Shown here: piece after piece, positions 12,815-25,934 of the stretch
Layout: each line of letters starts with the position of its first letter
Numbering within the stretch: the stretch's first letter is position 1
NCBI GenBank assembly: GCA_951406725.2
Contig: OX597817.1
Coordinates: forward strand, 42,470,001-42,534,000
Origin: Octopus vulgaris
Taxonomy: Eukaryota
DNA length: 64,000 bases
Direction of reading: 5' to 3'
Position numbers and translations under genes: made by a program
The notes under the pieces: model-generated
What the model was told of the DNA's origin: nothing
Database searches by the model: none
The model's input: only the letters and a program-made list of their open reading frames with translations

Positions 12815-13084
12815 CGTGAAATCTTGATACGTCTGCAAGATAGCAAGTCAACTATCCTAAACCATATAAAGGTACATGCACACTGTTAGTGAGGGACAGT
12901 GTGGTGTGCTTTTTTTCGCATTGGTAGAAATTTTGGTTAAATCACTTGTGATTCTGAAGTAAGCCATTTGTTTGTTATACTTGTTGAAGGTCTTCCCTGT
13001 GTGGGTGAACCTAAGATCTGTTAAATTTTGAATTTGTGTAGCTGTTTTTTGCCTGTTTTTGCATTTGTTTTCTTCCCCAATTAT

Positions 13085-13597
13085 GGGTGAAGTGGGGAAG
13101 AGAGGAGAGATGGAACATGAAGCAGCTGGAAGTTACACATCAATCACAATAAAAGGATTATCTACCAATGCCCTGGAAATATGAGAAATTAAGTTAGAGC
13201 CCAGAAAGTGGAAGGAGGGCAGTAAATTGATAGAAAGGGAAGGAACCAGTTTGAGGCTGCCGCCACTGGAAGAATTGACTAATAATGTGGCCAAGGGGAC
13301 AGTGGTGTACAGAACACTATCCACGTTCTCTAGAAAGATAGAAATTGCCCCAATAGAGGCAATAGAAGAGTGCCTCGAGAACATAAAGAGGCTTACCACA
13401 TTTCATACACGTGGAAAGAAATACAGCACAGTGGAAGTAAAGTTTGGCAATGAAGACGACGCAATAAGCCACTCCACTGTGCTGATAAGGACACAGGAAT
13501 GGGTACTTCTGCTGACTTATTGTGGCAAATGCGTCGCCAGAGTACGAATTGGCAGAATAATCCCCACCCTGAGATTAAGGAAGCACGGCTGGTGGCA
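13085..13597 (+). mobile_element. Probable L1/Tx1-like ORF1 remnant
   Basis: 130-aa non-repetitive ORF (13227-13619) with RRM-like VEVKF..EDDA and VARVRIGRI, truncated by (TA)n; family assignment is inference. Confidence 0.4.
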
Positions 13598-13605
13598 ATT
13601 ATATA

Positions 13606-13744
13606 TATATGTGTGTTAAATAAAATGAGACAACAAAGTCAAGTTAGTGTGGAATTTATAAGACATTTATAAAACATTTATAAATGTCTTATAAATTCTT
13701 CACAGCCTTGACTTTGTTGTCTCATTTTATTTAACATATATATG
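13606..13744. repeat. Near-perfect hairpin, ~65-bp arms
   Basis: TGTTAAATAAAATGAGACAACAAAGTCAAG..AATTTATAAGACATTTATAAA followed by its reverse complement after a loop of a few nt. Confidence 0.9.
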
Positions 13745-14221
13745 CTTACACAAGACCTGCATATGACTTCACACTCATTTTATTATTGAACCAAGAGTCT
13801 AACTACAGTCCTCTCGTAGGACTTACATAGCCTTACCTGCCATCTTGGGTCTTCTGGATACCAAAACCTCTCAGGTATATACTATACAGTGTGTCCCCCT
13901 GGTCTTGATGTCTTGTGATGGTTGTAAATGAGCATCACTGTCATACAAGCAATGTCATTAATTTCTAATCTGTGAAAAATATAATCTAGCCATGGGGAGA
14001 TATCACTTTGTTTGGAGAAAGGTGAGGGTTGGTGACAGGAAGGGCCTCCAGTAATAGAAAATCTACTTCCATCTGATCCATACAAGCATGGAATAGTGAA
14101 TAATGTTAAATAATGATAATGACGATGATGATGACTGACGATGGTGTATGTGTGTGTGTGTTTGTGTGTGTGTGTGCGTAACAAACCATCAAGGTAACAC
14201 CATAAGGTAAAAAATTATTAA

Positions 14222-14505
14222 TTAATTATTAAGGGTGCTACAAGTGGCACCAGCATGCTAAAAATAGCGACCAGAAGATGACTACAACCACAAATTTTCA
14301 CTGATACACACCAATTGAAATTGAGGGAAAAGAATTGTACATTGAAAAGCAGTACGATTCTTTTTGTTATTGGTACAGGAGCTTAGAATATCTGCTCATA
14401 CCTCTGATTTCAATTAATATGTATCAGTGAAAATTTGTGGTTGTAGTCATCTTCTGGTTGCTATTTTTAGCGTGCTGGTGTCACTTGTGGCTCCCTTAAT
14501 TATTA
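14222..14505. repeat. Foldback inverted repeat, ~105-bp arms
   Basis: CACCAGCATGCTAAAAATAGCGACCAGAAGATGACTACAACCACAAATTTTCACTGATACA mirrored at about 14402-14505. Confidence 0.85.
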
Positions 14506-14508
14506 AAA

Positions 14509-14550
<42 letters not shown>

Positions 14551-14551
14551 T

Positions 14552-15596
14552 ACACAGAGTGCAATGGGTAAATTATTGCCATTTTATATTTTTAATTTCA
14601 CACATGTGCATGGTTTATTTTTGATTTTGTCATCTATACAGCATTGTAGGGTCAGTTGGGCACCTTCTCTGTGAAAATAAACAGCCCCATGACACAATTC
14701 ACTCTGCCAGAAATTTGGAAACAACATGCTGTACTGCTTGGTATTTGTGCCTGAAGCTCCAATACAAACATTTTAGTGTGTTTTGGTGTCAAACTGAGGA
14801 CAGTGCAGAAGATTTGAAAAGAGTTGGATTATGAAGGTATGGCAGCTCGGAAAACTGACTGTGATCATTCTGATAAGAAAAGAACTCCTGAATTTGTTGG
14901 TGAGATTCAGGCCATGATTAGGTCCATCGCCAGGGACATGGGAGTGTCTGAGTTTCTTATCAGGCAGGTATTGTATGATGACATTCGGTATTCCTCATAC
15001 AAGATGAGAAAGAGCCAATGTTTATCTCAAGCCAGCAAGGACAAGAGGAAAAACCATGCTACGAAGCTTTTGAACAAATTGAAGCATCCCTTCCGACTGA
15101 ACATACTTAGGTTTTTCTCAGACAAGAAAAATTTCTGCCAGGATCAGATGGTGAACACACAGAACAACTATTGGCTTGCTGTGTCCCTAAAACATGTACT
15201 GAGAAGGATAAAAATCAAACATCCAGTCAACATCATGGTGTTTGGAGTGATTACTAGCGATGGCGATGTTATGCCTCCATCTTCCCACACAACCTCAGAC
15301 TCAACACAGTGCCTGGGGGAGGTAGTACTATCCTGGGTCATGAAGGCGGCTGCTGGACAACCCTGTGTCTAGCAACAGGACTTTACACCATGCCACACAA
15401 ACAGGAGAACCCAGTCATGGTTACCTAACTCCTCAGACTGCAACCCCCTTGATTATTGTGTGTGGAGCACAGTTGAGAGAGAGACCAACAAAACTCCTTG
15501 TAACACCAAACATGAACTGAAGGTAAGGATTATGGCAGCATTCACCAACTTAAACAAAGAGACCATCCAGAAAAGTTGCAGGATGTTCTGAAGTCC
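14552..15596 (+). mobile_element. Tc1/mariner superfamily (maT/DD37D-like) transposase pseudogene
   Basis: RSIARDMGVS HTH, FFSDKKNF, VNTQN, KHPVNIMVFGVITSDG, QQDFTPCH, PNSSDCNPLDYCVW; stops and deletions; 3' end cut by the palindromic element. Confidence 0.85.
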
Positions 15597-15746
15597 ATTA
15601 TTTACGTTATTTACATTTGATGGATATTTGTCCTCATCTTGTTTGTTGTTAACACGTTTCGGCTGATATCCTCTCCAACCTTCATCAGGTGTCCTGGGGA
15701 AATTTCGAACCTGGGTTCTCATTCCTAAGGTAGTTCTCGATGTTAC

Positions 15747-15811
<65 letters not shown>

Positions 15812-15947
15812 TCACTGCCTGGAATTGAACTCAGAATCTTGGGATTAGTAGCTCGTGCTCTTTACCACTACACCATGGGCATATGCCATAGTGGTTGAGA
15901 ACGTGGGCTACTAACCCCAAGATTCCGAGTTCAATTCCAGGCATTGA

Positions 15948-16027
<80 letters not shown>

Positions 16028-16038
16028 TCGAAAAATAC
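15597..16038. mobile_element. Palindromic tRNA-head/(AAT)n/hammerhead element, copy 1
   Basis: Inverted arms around CCATGGGCATATG (about 15872-15885); tRNA-like heads on both strands; hammerhead in left arm. Confidence 0.8.
15651..15693 (-). ncRNA. Minimal type I hammerhead ribozyme motif (3-nt deletion near cleavage site)
   Basis: GACAC-CTGATGA-A-GGTTG..CAGCC-GAAAC-GTGTT. Confidence 0.7.
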
Positions 16039-16794
16039 TATCTTTTAAAGCTTTATTATATAGTGGTTTTAACGAGGAAATAACCTACGCACCTGTCATT
16101 AGTCCAGCAACAAAGAAAAGGAAAGATAAGAATAGGAAAATTATCTGGTTCACACCACCTTACTCACCCAAAGTGACCCTTAATATAGGTAGATATTTCT
16201 TATCCCTTATAGATAGGCATTTTCCAATCAATCATAATTATAGAAAGCTCTTTAATAGGCACAACTTAAAAATTAGTTTTAGTTCTACTACTAACTTTAA
16301 AAATATAATTGGATACAACAAACAAAAACAACAAAATGAAGCAGGCTGTTCCTGCAGAGTTAAAAATTTGTGTCCACTAAATGGAGCTTGTATGACCAAG
16401 GCCATCATTTATGAAGCCACAGTAGACTCTATAGCCACTAAGGACATAGTTTCATCAAAGATATATGTGGGTCTCACAGAGGGAAATTTTAAAGCCAAGT
16501 TCAACAAAAACACCTTAAGCTTCAGACACTGGGATAGAAGTAAAAGAACCAAATTATCCAGTTATATAAGAAGAAGGTGTCAACTATAAGATTCACTGAA
16601 AGATCTTGGTCAAGTGTAAGCCTTACACCAAAGGCAGTGGAGAGTGTGGTCTTTGTGATATGGAAAGATGGCTTATCTGGAGAAGTTCTTTAGACCCCAC
16701 TACATGTCTAAATTTAAGAACTGAACTTTTGGGGTTATATCCACATATGATAAAGCATTTACTACATTTTTGGACCCCACAAGAACACAGATAG
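16039..16794 (+). mobile_element. Penelope-like retroelement (Naiad-type) RT thumb/linker and GIY-YIG endonuclease remnant
   Basis: KALLYSGF..IIWFTPPYS..NIGRYFLSLIDRHFP..KLFNRHNLKISFS, CSCRVKNLCPLNGAC, IIYEATV..IYVGLTEGNFK, CGLC..E..LNLRTEL; frameshifted. Confidence 0.85.
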
Positions 16795-17334
16795 AACCTG
16801 CTTTTTATATTATGTCCATGTACAAGCCTTTCATATGTCTTAACATCTCTTATATATTTATATATTTTTTATTACTTTATATATTTTTTGTGTATATTAT
16901 TTTTCACCCTTTATAATAGTGTAACTTATATGCATGTAGTATATACCTAATGTATATGTGTGTGTATATATACATGTGTACGAATTATTGTGTATATACG
17001 AGTGCTAGACTCTACCTGTTGTACTTGTCTCCTTCCTTCATACATATATGTATGTATATACGTTTATATATCTGCAGGTGTAAATTTGATTGACAGACAG
17101 GAGGGTGTATTTGTGTATATACATATATAACTCATTTGTATATTCAAATTTTTTGCGGCAAATGTGAATGTTTTATGGTTTATATTTTTTGCGTATGTGT
17201 TTTTATTTGTATATACGTCTATCCACATATTTATGTGCATGTACATATAGACTACATTTTGTATATCTGCATATGTATGTGTATGTGTGTATAGAGATGT
17301 GTATATGAACATAATGAAAATGCAATCACCAAAG

Positions 17335-17563
17335 ATCACCATTTTAACACTGTTGTCGAAATCAAGAGTAAATCGCAGAAGGTCCTGAATTCAATTACAG
17401 AAAATAATTTCCAGGCCAGATTCCAAAAGTGGCAGGAATGCTGGGACCAGTGTATTGTTGTTCAAGGTGACTATTTCAAACTAAATAGGTGACTATATTA
17501 AAACTTAGGTACGTAAGTTATTTTCTATTAAACATAAGTAGGAGCACTTTAGTACCACCTCAT
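17335..17563 (+). mobile_element. Mariner 3' fragment
   Basis: FNTVVEIKSKSQKVLNSITENNFQARFQKWQECWDQCIVVQGDYF, a typical mariner C-terminus, followed by a TIR-like end. Confidence 0.7.
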
Positions 17564-18810
17564 ATACACAAATACGTATATGTGTGATGGACTTCTTTGA
17601 GTTTCTGTCTCCCAAATCCATCCACAAGGCTTCTGTTGCTTTAGGACTATAGAAGAAGAAACTTATCGAAAGTGCCATACAGTGGGACTGAACCTGAAAC
17701 CTCATGGGTGAGCAGCGAGCTTCTTAACCACACAGCCATCCCTGAGCCTATAGCCATGTCTATGGTATATATTTAATGCTGCGAGGAAGAAGAAACACCT
17801 AACATTTTGCATGCTTGTCTTTCTTCAGAGAGGGAGATAGGGGAAGAGAGCAAAAGAGAGAAAGAGAGAGCGGGGGAAGAGAGAGAGAGAGAGAGAAAGA
17901 GGGAGGGAGGGAAGGGGAGGGGGAGAGAGAAAGAAATGAAGGCCTTAACACTAGAGCAGAAAAATGTAAATGAGAAATTGAAGTGGACAAAGGATGTCAA
18001 AGAATAGATATGAAGAAAAAGAGAGGGAGAAGAAAAGAACTTGTATGCAATGATGTGAGTAATGTGGGAGGAGATTTGACTGTTGTTGGGGAAGGGCCTC
18101 TTATATAATATTGTCCAAAGTTCAACATTTGGGTGGAATATCATTTGTAATTGTAAAGAATTGAAGATGGAACAGTGAAAAATGATAGCAGAAATTGAAT
18201 TATCCATTTCATAGAACATCCTAACTTTTGTGCCAACATGAACAAGCAAATAATGCTACAAGCCAATGAAGAAGTCTGCATGTGGTCATTCGGTTTGCTA
18301 GAAAGAGCAACTAAATCTTAATCCATCACATTCTGCTATCTCACAAAATGACATGTTGGGAATTTCAACCATGTTTTGTGGTCTGCTACCACAACAGCTC
18401 CTTTATAGTATCCAGTTAGCTCAAGACATCATCAGGAGGAACCACGACTGGTTTCGGCCCCTACTCGTCTACCGTTTTGACGTGGCGCCCCCCCACCATT
18501 CCCTTTTGGAGGTGTCTTCAGCTCTGGTGTTGAATGCATGTCTTCTTTCTCCTTCTTTCTTCTGTTCCCTGGCCTCTTCGATGTAGCGTCAACAAGTGTC
18601 AGCAGGCGACTGCCTATCTTGTCAAATTTCCCTTTAAATACCTGCTGCTAGGCTCCAGCAGGCAGCCTCAGCAAATTGTCATGTGACACCGTCTACACTT
18701 TAACTGATCATTGAAGAGCATGTAGTCTTAGCCCACGCATTCTTTAAACGAGACCGTTACCTGTCAATCAGTGAAGCTACTTCAGTGTCAGCCTGTCTCA
18801 CCTAGTGATG

Positions 18811-19030
18811 TTATTTTCCTGCCGGCATGTTATGACTTTCAAGCCATTTTTGGTCTTCCCGCTTCAGCCATATATAGAAGCTGGCTTTTTCGGCCGCCTC
18901 CTGTATTTTCCTGATTAGTTGTCTCAGTTCCAAGCTAGAAAATGCAAATCTTCTTTTGAATCTAAATAGACATCGAAACAAAAATAATGTTAGAGCCCCT
19001 TGCATCGTTGGTCAGATTGATCAGAAGCGA
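18811..19030 (-). mobile_element. HERO/NeSL-like restriction-like-endonuclease LINE C-terminal fragment
   Basis: LIRKIQEAAEKASFYIWLKRED resembles the AAExASxWxWxxR terminus of these elements. Confidence 0.6.
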
Positions 19031-19589
19031 TGGGAACTCAAAACAACAGCAAAATCAATGACAATAACAACCAATAATGCAAAACTTCAGACTTTATTAA
19101 AAGTTAATGCAAGTTTTTCAAAGAATTTGCTTTCAGAAACAGTCAAACTTTACTATAGGAGATAATAGAAAGTGGTAATGGTAGAAGGTGGGGTTTGATG
19201 GTAGTGGTGGTGGTAGTGCTGGAGACAGTAGTAGTGGTAGTGATATGTGTCTATAATGATTATGCACATAATGCTGCTGATGTTGTTGATGCACAAAGTA
19301 CAATTTTATAAGTAATTAAGCTTGTGTTAATAGTTAAAATTAGTGTGCTTGTAACTAAGAAGCCAGCAAGATGAAGAAGCCAAGACTGAACTAATCTTGA
19401 CTAAAAGTTAAGTTGTTATTCGTTTGAAATATCTGAAGAAAAGTCTAGAAATCTCCCTTTAGATTCTGTTTTAGTTAACTGATTTATTTTACTGACGTAA
19501 TATAAAAGAGTTGGTGGCTCAAAGAGGGTCTTCCACCATGAAAACTGCTTATTACAAGCCTTGGGTGTTAATTCTTAGCATTTGTATGG

Positions 19590-19986
19590 AGTCATCATCA
19601 TCTTCTTCATCCTCTTCATCATCATCCTCATTGTCATTATCATCATCATCATCATCATCTTCTTCATCCTCTTCATCATCATCATCATTGTCATTATCAT
19701 CATCATCATCTTCATTATTCTCATCAATATCATTGTTATCATCATCATCATCTTCATCATTATCCTCATTATCATCATCACCTTCCCCATCATCATTACC
19801 ATCATCATCATCATCATCATCGTCATCGTCGTCATCATCATCATCATCATCATCTCCATCATTATTCTCATCAATATCATTGTTATCGTCATCATCATCT
19901 TCATCATTATCCTCATCATCATCATCACCATCATCATCATCATTACCCTCATCATCATCATCATCATCATCGTCGTCATCATCATT
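19590..19986. repeat. Compound (CAT)n array with internal duplications
   Basis: ATTATTCTCATCAATATCATTGTTATC occurs twice within (CAT)n. Confidence 0.9.
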
Positions 19987-20283
19987 ATTTTAACATCCTC
20001 TTTTCCATGTTTGCATGGATCAGATAAAATTTGTAGGGGTGGATTTTCTATTGCTGGATGCCCTTCCTGTTGCAAACCCTCACCTGTTTCCAAGCACACT
20101 AATATTTTCCCACAACCATTGGTAATGTTTTACACAGAAGACTAAAAATGAACAGCATCACTTGTATACTGGTGATGCTTGTTTGTAAGCATCACATAAT
20201 GTCAAGACAAGGGATCCAGTTTCCATCTAAGAAATTCACTCACAAGACTTTGATTGGCCCAGGGCTATAGCAGATGATATTTG

Positions 20284-20852
20284 TATTGGGTTGTCCAGAA
20301 AGTTCATGCCGATTTATAGTAGCTTACCTTTCAACTTATTTTAGAACATGGTTGAGTCCATAAAATAGGATTTGACTACACCTCCATTTAGAGCACAGTT
20401 TAAGCTATCTTTTCGTGGAAGAAGGTTTATGTTCCTATAACCTGTGTTAATTCTGTAACCCTTTAAAATGGAAGATAAGAAAGTTCATTTTCAGCACTTG
20501 ATTCTTTGGAAACCAGACAAAAATTGCTGCAGCTCGGCTAGGATGCGTTTCCCACCCTCCATATTCACCAGATATTGCTCCTTCAGATTTCCACTTATTC
20601 AGGTCTCTTCAGAATAGTCTTAATGATAAAAATTTCAATTTCTTGGATGACGTAAAAAGATACTTTGATGAATTCTTTGCTATGAAACCACCTCAATTCT
20701 GGAATGTGGGTATTTTCAAGTTAAAGGAAAGTTGGAGATGCATTGTGCAACAAAATGGTTCATATCTGGTTGATTAAAAATGTAATGGCAAGTATTTATT
20801 GACCTTTTTCTTTCCTTTAAAAATTGGCATGAACTTTCCGGACAACCTAATA
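20284..20852 (+). mobile_element. Internally deleted mariner nested in a family A SINE
   Basis: TA TSDs; TIRs TTGGGTTGTCCAGAAAGTTCATGCCGATTT / AAATTGGCATGAACTTTCCGGACAACCTAA; N-terminal MEDKKVHFQHLILW joined to HPPYSPDIAPSDFHLFRSLQNSL...RCIVQQNGSY. Confidence 0.92.
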
Positions 20853-20964
20853 CAAGGTACCATGCAACAAGACAGAACCCGAGACCACATGGTTGGTAAA
20901 TAAGCTTCTCAACCACACGGCCATGCTTATGAAACAAAATTCCAATCTATTTATGTATTATTTT

Positions 20965-21255
20965 CATCATCATTATCATTATCATCATCATAAAATATCC
21001 ATTCTCCATGCTGGCATGAGTTGGACGGTTTGACCAGAGCTGACAAGCTGGGGTTGCGCTGTACCGAACTCCAGTCTGATTTGGCATGGTTTCCATGGCT
21101 GGATACCCTTTCTAATGCCAACCACTTTACAGAGTGTGTTGGGTGCTTCTACATGGCACCACATGGGAACTTTTACATTGTACCACACGGGTGCTTTAAC
21201 ATGGCACCACATAGGTGCTTTTACATGGCACCACATGGGTGCTTTTATATGGTGA
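20965..21255 (-). mobile_element. Family R repeat with ~27-bp tandem subrepeats
   Basis: Repeated GGTGCTTTTACATGGCACCACA units plus family R tail. Confidence 0.75.
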
Positions 21256-22171
21256 GACATGCCTATGACCTTTATCAGAGATTCCAAATCTGGTGGAAGG
21301 AATAGAGGCACTTTGTCATTAAATTTCAGACCTGGCTGAAATGCTTGCAACAGACCCAGCTAAAGGCATCCAAGGGCCAAGTAATAGTGTTAACCTAGGT
21401 TGACAGATGAAGTCTATCACTGTTGAATAGGAAGGGTCTCTTTCACAAGTTTTGACACAGTTTCCACTTACCAAATTCCTTTGACAAATCATTGGTCAGT
21501 ATGAGGTTGCAGCTGAATATCTTCATACAAGATTCCACATAATTATGACAGGAAGGCACTACATATATTATTCAGTACTGAGTCTATAACGAAAATTATG
21601 GAGTAGGCATAGAATACAATATTTTCACATGAAAACCAGCTGCTGTTTCAAAGAATTTAGTAAATGGACATAGATTATTCGGCTTAAATCAATGCTAAAT
21701 TAATTATTGAAGTTACATTATTACAATTAATGTTAACCGGATTGGTTTGTATTATAAATGTTTGTGATGTACTTAAATATAAAATATATTCACTTAGTAA
21801 TTTTATTACTCAAAAATAATAACATCGCAATACTTTGTTTTTGTTTTTAATTATAATTGCAGCAATTATGGATACAGCTATGATTCAAGCACTTCTAATA
21901 TTAATAACATTAATAATGCTTTTAGAAAATTATGTCATTAAAACAAAAATCTTGTCTGGAATCTGTTACAAAGTTATTCTGCAAAATAAACAGCCATTTT
22001 AAACATTATCACAAATGTAACATATTTGTCATGTCATAACAACTTCATAATAACAATTTCATAATAATCATATAGATGTATATTATAGTAATGTAATACA
22101 GCAAAATAACAGTTTATTTAGCAATATAACAGTTTTGTTTCTTAATCAACACAAGACAGACATTTATAACA

Positions 22172-22399
22172 TTAACCTTTTCGTTACTGTATTTATTTTG
22201 AGATGTTCTGTGTGTCTTTCAATTACTTTAAATACAACTCAGAATTTAGTAAAATAACTTAGTTGTCATTAAGTTAGTGTTAGGAACATAAATTGTGACT
22301 AAGGTTTGGTGGAAGATTTTAATTCAAAACTTATGAAAACAAGACATTTGTACTCAGAGCCAGAGCTGGTTTCAGCCGGGTTGGTAACAAAAGGATTAA
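22172..22399 (+). mobile_element. piggyBac-type MITE (family P)
   Basis: TTAA TSDs, imperfect TIR CCYTTTCGTTAC / GTAACAAAAGG; four copies in window. Confidence 0.85.
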
Positions 22400-22701
22400 A
22401 AAGGAATAATGTTGTTTATTGCAACAGTGTTGTTGATTCAACACTAGACAAACATTTACAATATTAGTCTCAAAATTTTGACACAAGGCCAGCAATTTTG
22501 GAGGAGGAAGTAAGTTGATTACACCGACCCTTGGACTCAACTGGTCCTTTTATTTTTATCAACTCCCAAAAAGGTGAAAAGTAAAGTTGACCTTGGCAGA
22601 AATTGAACTGCTTAGCATTTGGCTCAGCATGCCAACAATTCTGTCTGCTCACCACCTTATACAGACATTTATAGTATAACATAGAAATAAATAGATACAA
22701 T

Positions 22702-23037
22702 GTAGGTGGCACGTAAAAAGCACCATTTGAGCATGATCATTACCAGTGTTGCCTTACTGGCACTCGTGCCGGTGTGCAGGTGGCACGTAAAAAAACAAAA
22801 CACTATTTGGGTATGGTCCTTGCCAGTACCGCCTGACTGGCCCTTGTGCCAGTGGCATGTAAAAGCACCCACTACACTCTCGGAGTGGTTGGTGTTAGGA
22901 AGGGCATCAAGCTGTAGAAACTCTGCCAGATCAAAATTGGAGCCTGGTGCAGCCATCTGGTTTCATAAGTCCTCAGTCAAATCATCCAACCCATGCTAGC
23001 ATGGAAAGCAGACGTTAAACGATGATGATGATGATGT

Positions 23038-23099
<62 letters not shown>
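22702..23099 (+). mobile_element. Family R repeat with long (GAT)n tail
   Basis: Subrepeats plus family R tail. Confidence 0.85.
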
Positions 23100-24082
23100 T
23101 AGGGAATGACAACTCTTTAGTGTTGCCAGTGACAGTCTTTCTAATGCTGATTGTATGATAAAATGTACCTAGTCCATTCTATGAAGCATTTGGTGGTGGG
23201 AAGGGCAACTAACTGTGAAAACACATGCTTTAAAAGAGCAAATACAAACAACTTGAGCTAGGAAGGCTTCTTTAAGCCTGTCAGAGGTCTACCTATCTAC
23301 ATGATAAAATTCACTTAGTCCATTCATGGATTTAGTGATAGGAAGAGCGACCAACTAAAAAATGGTCAGGTATGGGAGCATGCACTGTTTCAATGTACTG
23401 CCAGATGCATTTATTGGTATTTGCTTTGGTTCATCTCAAGCAACCCTCCAGCCAATGTCCCAGTAAGTTCCCTTTTCTGCAAGATACTTCCTCATCCACT
23501 GTGACCATGTGGCACATTGCAAGCTGTTGCCATAGCCAGATTCTTAGAGAAGAGTTTACAATACATAGGATCCAGCACAGAAAATCAAACAACATGACCA
23601 AACAGGGTGAGCAGATGTTCCCAAGTAATACAAACAACAAGGTGCACCCCAGTTTGTGAGTATAGTCACTGTTGGTTGGTTATGAAATCTGATTAATTGT
23701 AACCCATAATCCCACAAAGTGTCCTGGTACAAAAGGAGTTCAGGTAGCTCTTAAGGGCCTCAGACAGAGTCCAAGTCTCAGAAATGGAGAGCAAGACAGG
23801 AAGAACCAGAGACCTGAAGACCCACATCTTTGTCCTTCTGCTCAGATATCAGTAGCATCAAACTCCTTTGTCCAGTGAGGCCGCAACTGCACCAGCATGT
23901 CCAGCACTACAAAAACATACACTTAGAAGAGGAATGATGATAAACAGTTTGTGGTAGAAGAGAGTCTTTAGTCTTGTCAGAGGTCAACCTTCTAATACTG
24001 GTCACATGATAAAATGCAACAAGTCCCTACTGTAAACTACTAGTTGGTGATAAGAGAATCAAGCTGTAAAAAGAATACTATA

Positions 24083-24492
24083 GGTGCAGGAGTGGCTGTG
24101 TGGTAAGTAACTTGCTTACGAACCACATGGTTCCAGGTTCAGTCTCACTGCGTGGCACCTTGGTCAAGTGTCTTCTACTATAGCCTCAGGCTGACCAAAG
24201 CCTTGTGAGTGGATTTGGTAGACAGAAACTGAAAGAAGTCCGTCGTATATATGTATATATATGTGTATATGTGTTTGTGTGTCTGTGTTTGTCCCCACCA
24301 ACATCGCTTGACAACCGATGCTGGTGCGTTTGCGTTCCCGTAACTTGGAAAAATCGGCAAAAGAGACTGATAGAATAAGTACTTGGCTTACAAAGAATAA
24401 GTCCTGGGGTCGATTTGCTCAACTAAAGGCAGTGCTCCAGCATGGCCACAGTCAAATGACTGAAACAAGTAAAAGAGTTAAAAGAGTAAAAG
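24083..24492 (+). mobile_element. SINE family A, full length
   Basis: Consensus match; flanking AAAAGAATA repeat is a probable TSD. Confidence 0.9.
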
Positions 24493-24828
24493 AATATAGC
24501 TAGAAAAAAAAAGAACAACAGGAACATCATAAGAAAAAAAAGGGGTTGCTTTGATCTCGTTGGCAAACATCTCTCTGAGGCCAGTGTTATGAGCAAATGC
24601 ATTCTGTGCACATTGTAAAATGACTGGTAACGTGGGGTGCATGAATCCATAAAAACAAAACCATGCCTGAAATGATTTTCCATACATAACAACAGAATCA
24701 GACAGTTTGTTGTATGTGCCAGATGATAAAGGCCTACAACAATTGGTGAGACATTGTGTGACATTTACAACCCATTCTAGCATGGAAAAACAGATGTATA
24801 ATTATCATGAAGAGGAAGAAGGGGCAGG

Positions 24829-25350
24829 TTGTTGGTGGTGGTGGTAATGATGACCATTTTTGTCAGGGTTTTAGTGGTGTTTGAGGGGGTAGCAGTGGCA
24901 GTGGTAGTGGCAGTAACAGTGGTGGTGACAGTGACAGTGGTGGTGGTGAGGGTTATGGTGGTGAAGTCGTGGTGGTGGTGGTGGCAGCGACGGCGGCGGT
25001 GGTGCTGGCGTTGGTGCCGGCGGTGGTGCTGGCGGTGGTGCTGGCAGTGGCAGTGGTGCTGGTGGTGCTGGTGGTGGTGGTTTTTTGGCGGTGGTGGTGG
25101 TGGTGGTGGTGGTGGTGGTGGTGGCAGTGACGGTGGCAGTGACGGCGGCGGTGGTGCTGGCGGTGGTGCTGGCGGTGGTGCTGGCGGTGGTGCTGGCGGT
25201 GGCAGTGGTGCTGGTGGTGCTGGTGGTGTTGCTGGTGCTGGTAGTGGTGGTGGTGGTGGTGGTGCTGGTGCTGGTGAAGTTGTGGTGGTGGTGCTGGTGG
25301 TGCTGGTGGTGGTGGTGGTGGTGCTGGTGCTGGTGCTGGTGCTGGTGGTA
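24829..25350. repeat. (GGT/GGC/GCT)n G-rich array
   Basis: Source of the poly-G/V/W/T/H ORFs. Confidence 0.95.
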
Positions 25351-25934
25351 ACAGTGATTTACATTCACAACCACATCATCATCATCTTGCTATTAAGCGG
25401 GTCTAAATGTCTAAGGTGAGTTGTTGATAAATTAGAATTTTCTGGATTACTGACTTTTTAAGAGCCCATTTACAATATCATCATTTTCAATGTCTTTTGA
25501 TCTTTAATCATCATTAGGTGTCTTATTTCTATATGAATAAATCACCTTTGACTGGACTCAAACAAGGAACCTTTATTTCTAAACTATGAGCAATAACCAC
25601 AACATCCTCTAAGTTAAAAGTAGATCTTCCACCATTAATGTTTCTTCTGATATGTTTATTCATCTAGCTGAAAGATGATGGAGGTTTTTGAAAGTTCTTC
25701 CATAGTCAAGAATACAGTACGTTTCAAGCTTCATTCCTGAATTCTTAACACTTTCACAATGACATAGTTAAAGTATGTGCCACTCAGGCAGCCCTTCAAT
25801 TTGCAACCCCTTCTCTGTCCCTACCCTCTATATAGGTTTTTCCAGCAGACCCAAAAGTATGACTTCCATATAAGCATCACCTGGGGTATATCATTCTCAT
25901 TGCCCCTAACTATAGCTATGCTACTGCAATCAAA

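Noticed and set aside
15877-15950. Genuine tRNA gene (also 43725-43787 and the SINE heads)
   Set aside because: A/B boxes and an anticodon-like arm are present, but there is no complete acceptor stem and the sequence continues into a repeat body.
16795-17330. SECIS element or terminal hammerhead after the Penelope-like ORF
   Set aside because: Only AT/TG-rich low-complexity sequence is visible; no motif found.
24829-25419. Gly-rich or Pro/Thr-rich structural protein
   Set aside because: (GGT)n-type repeat that is open in several frames on both strands, with no convincing exon boundaries.
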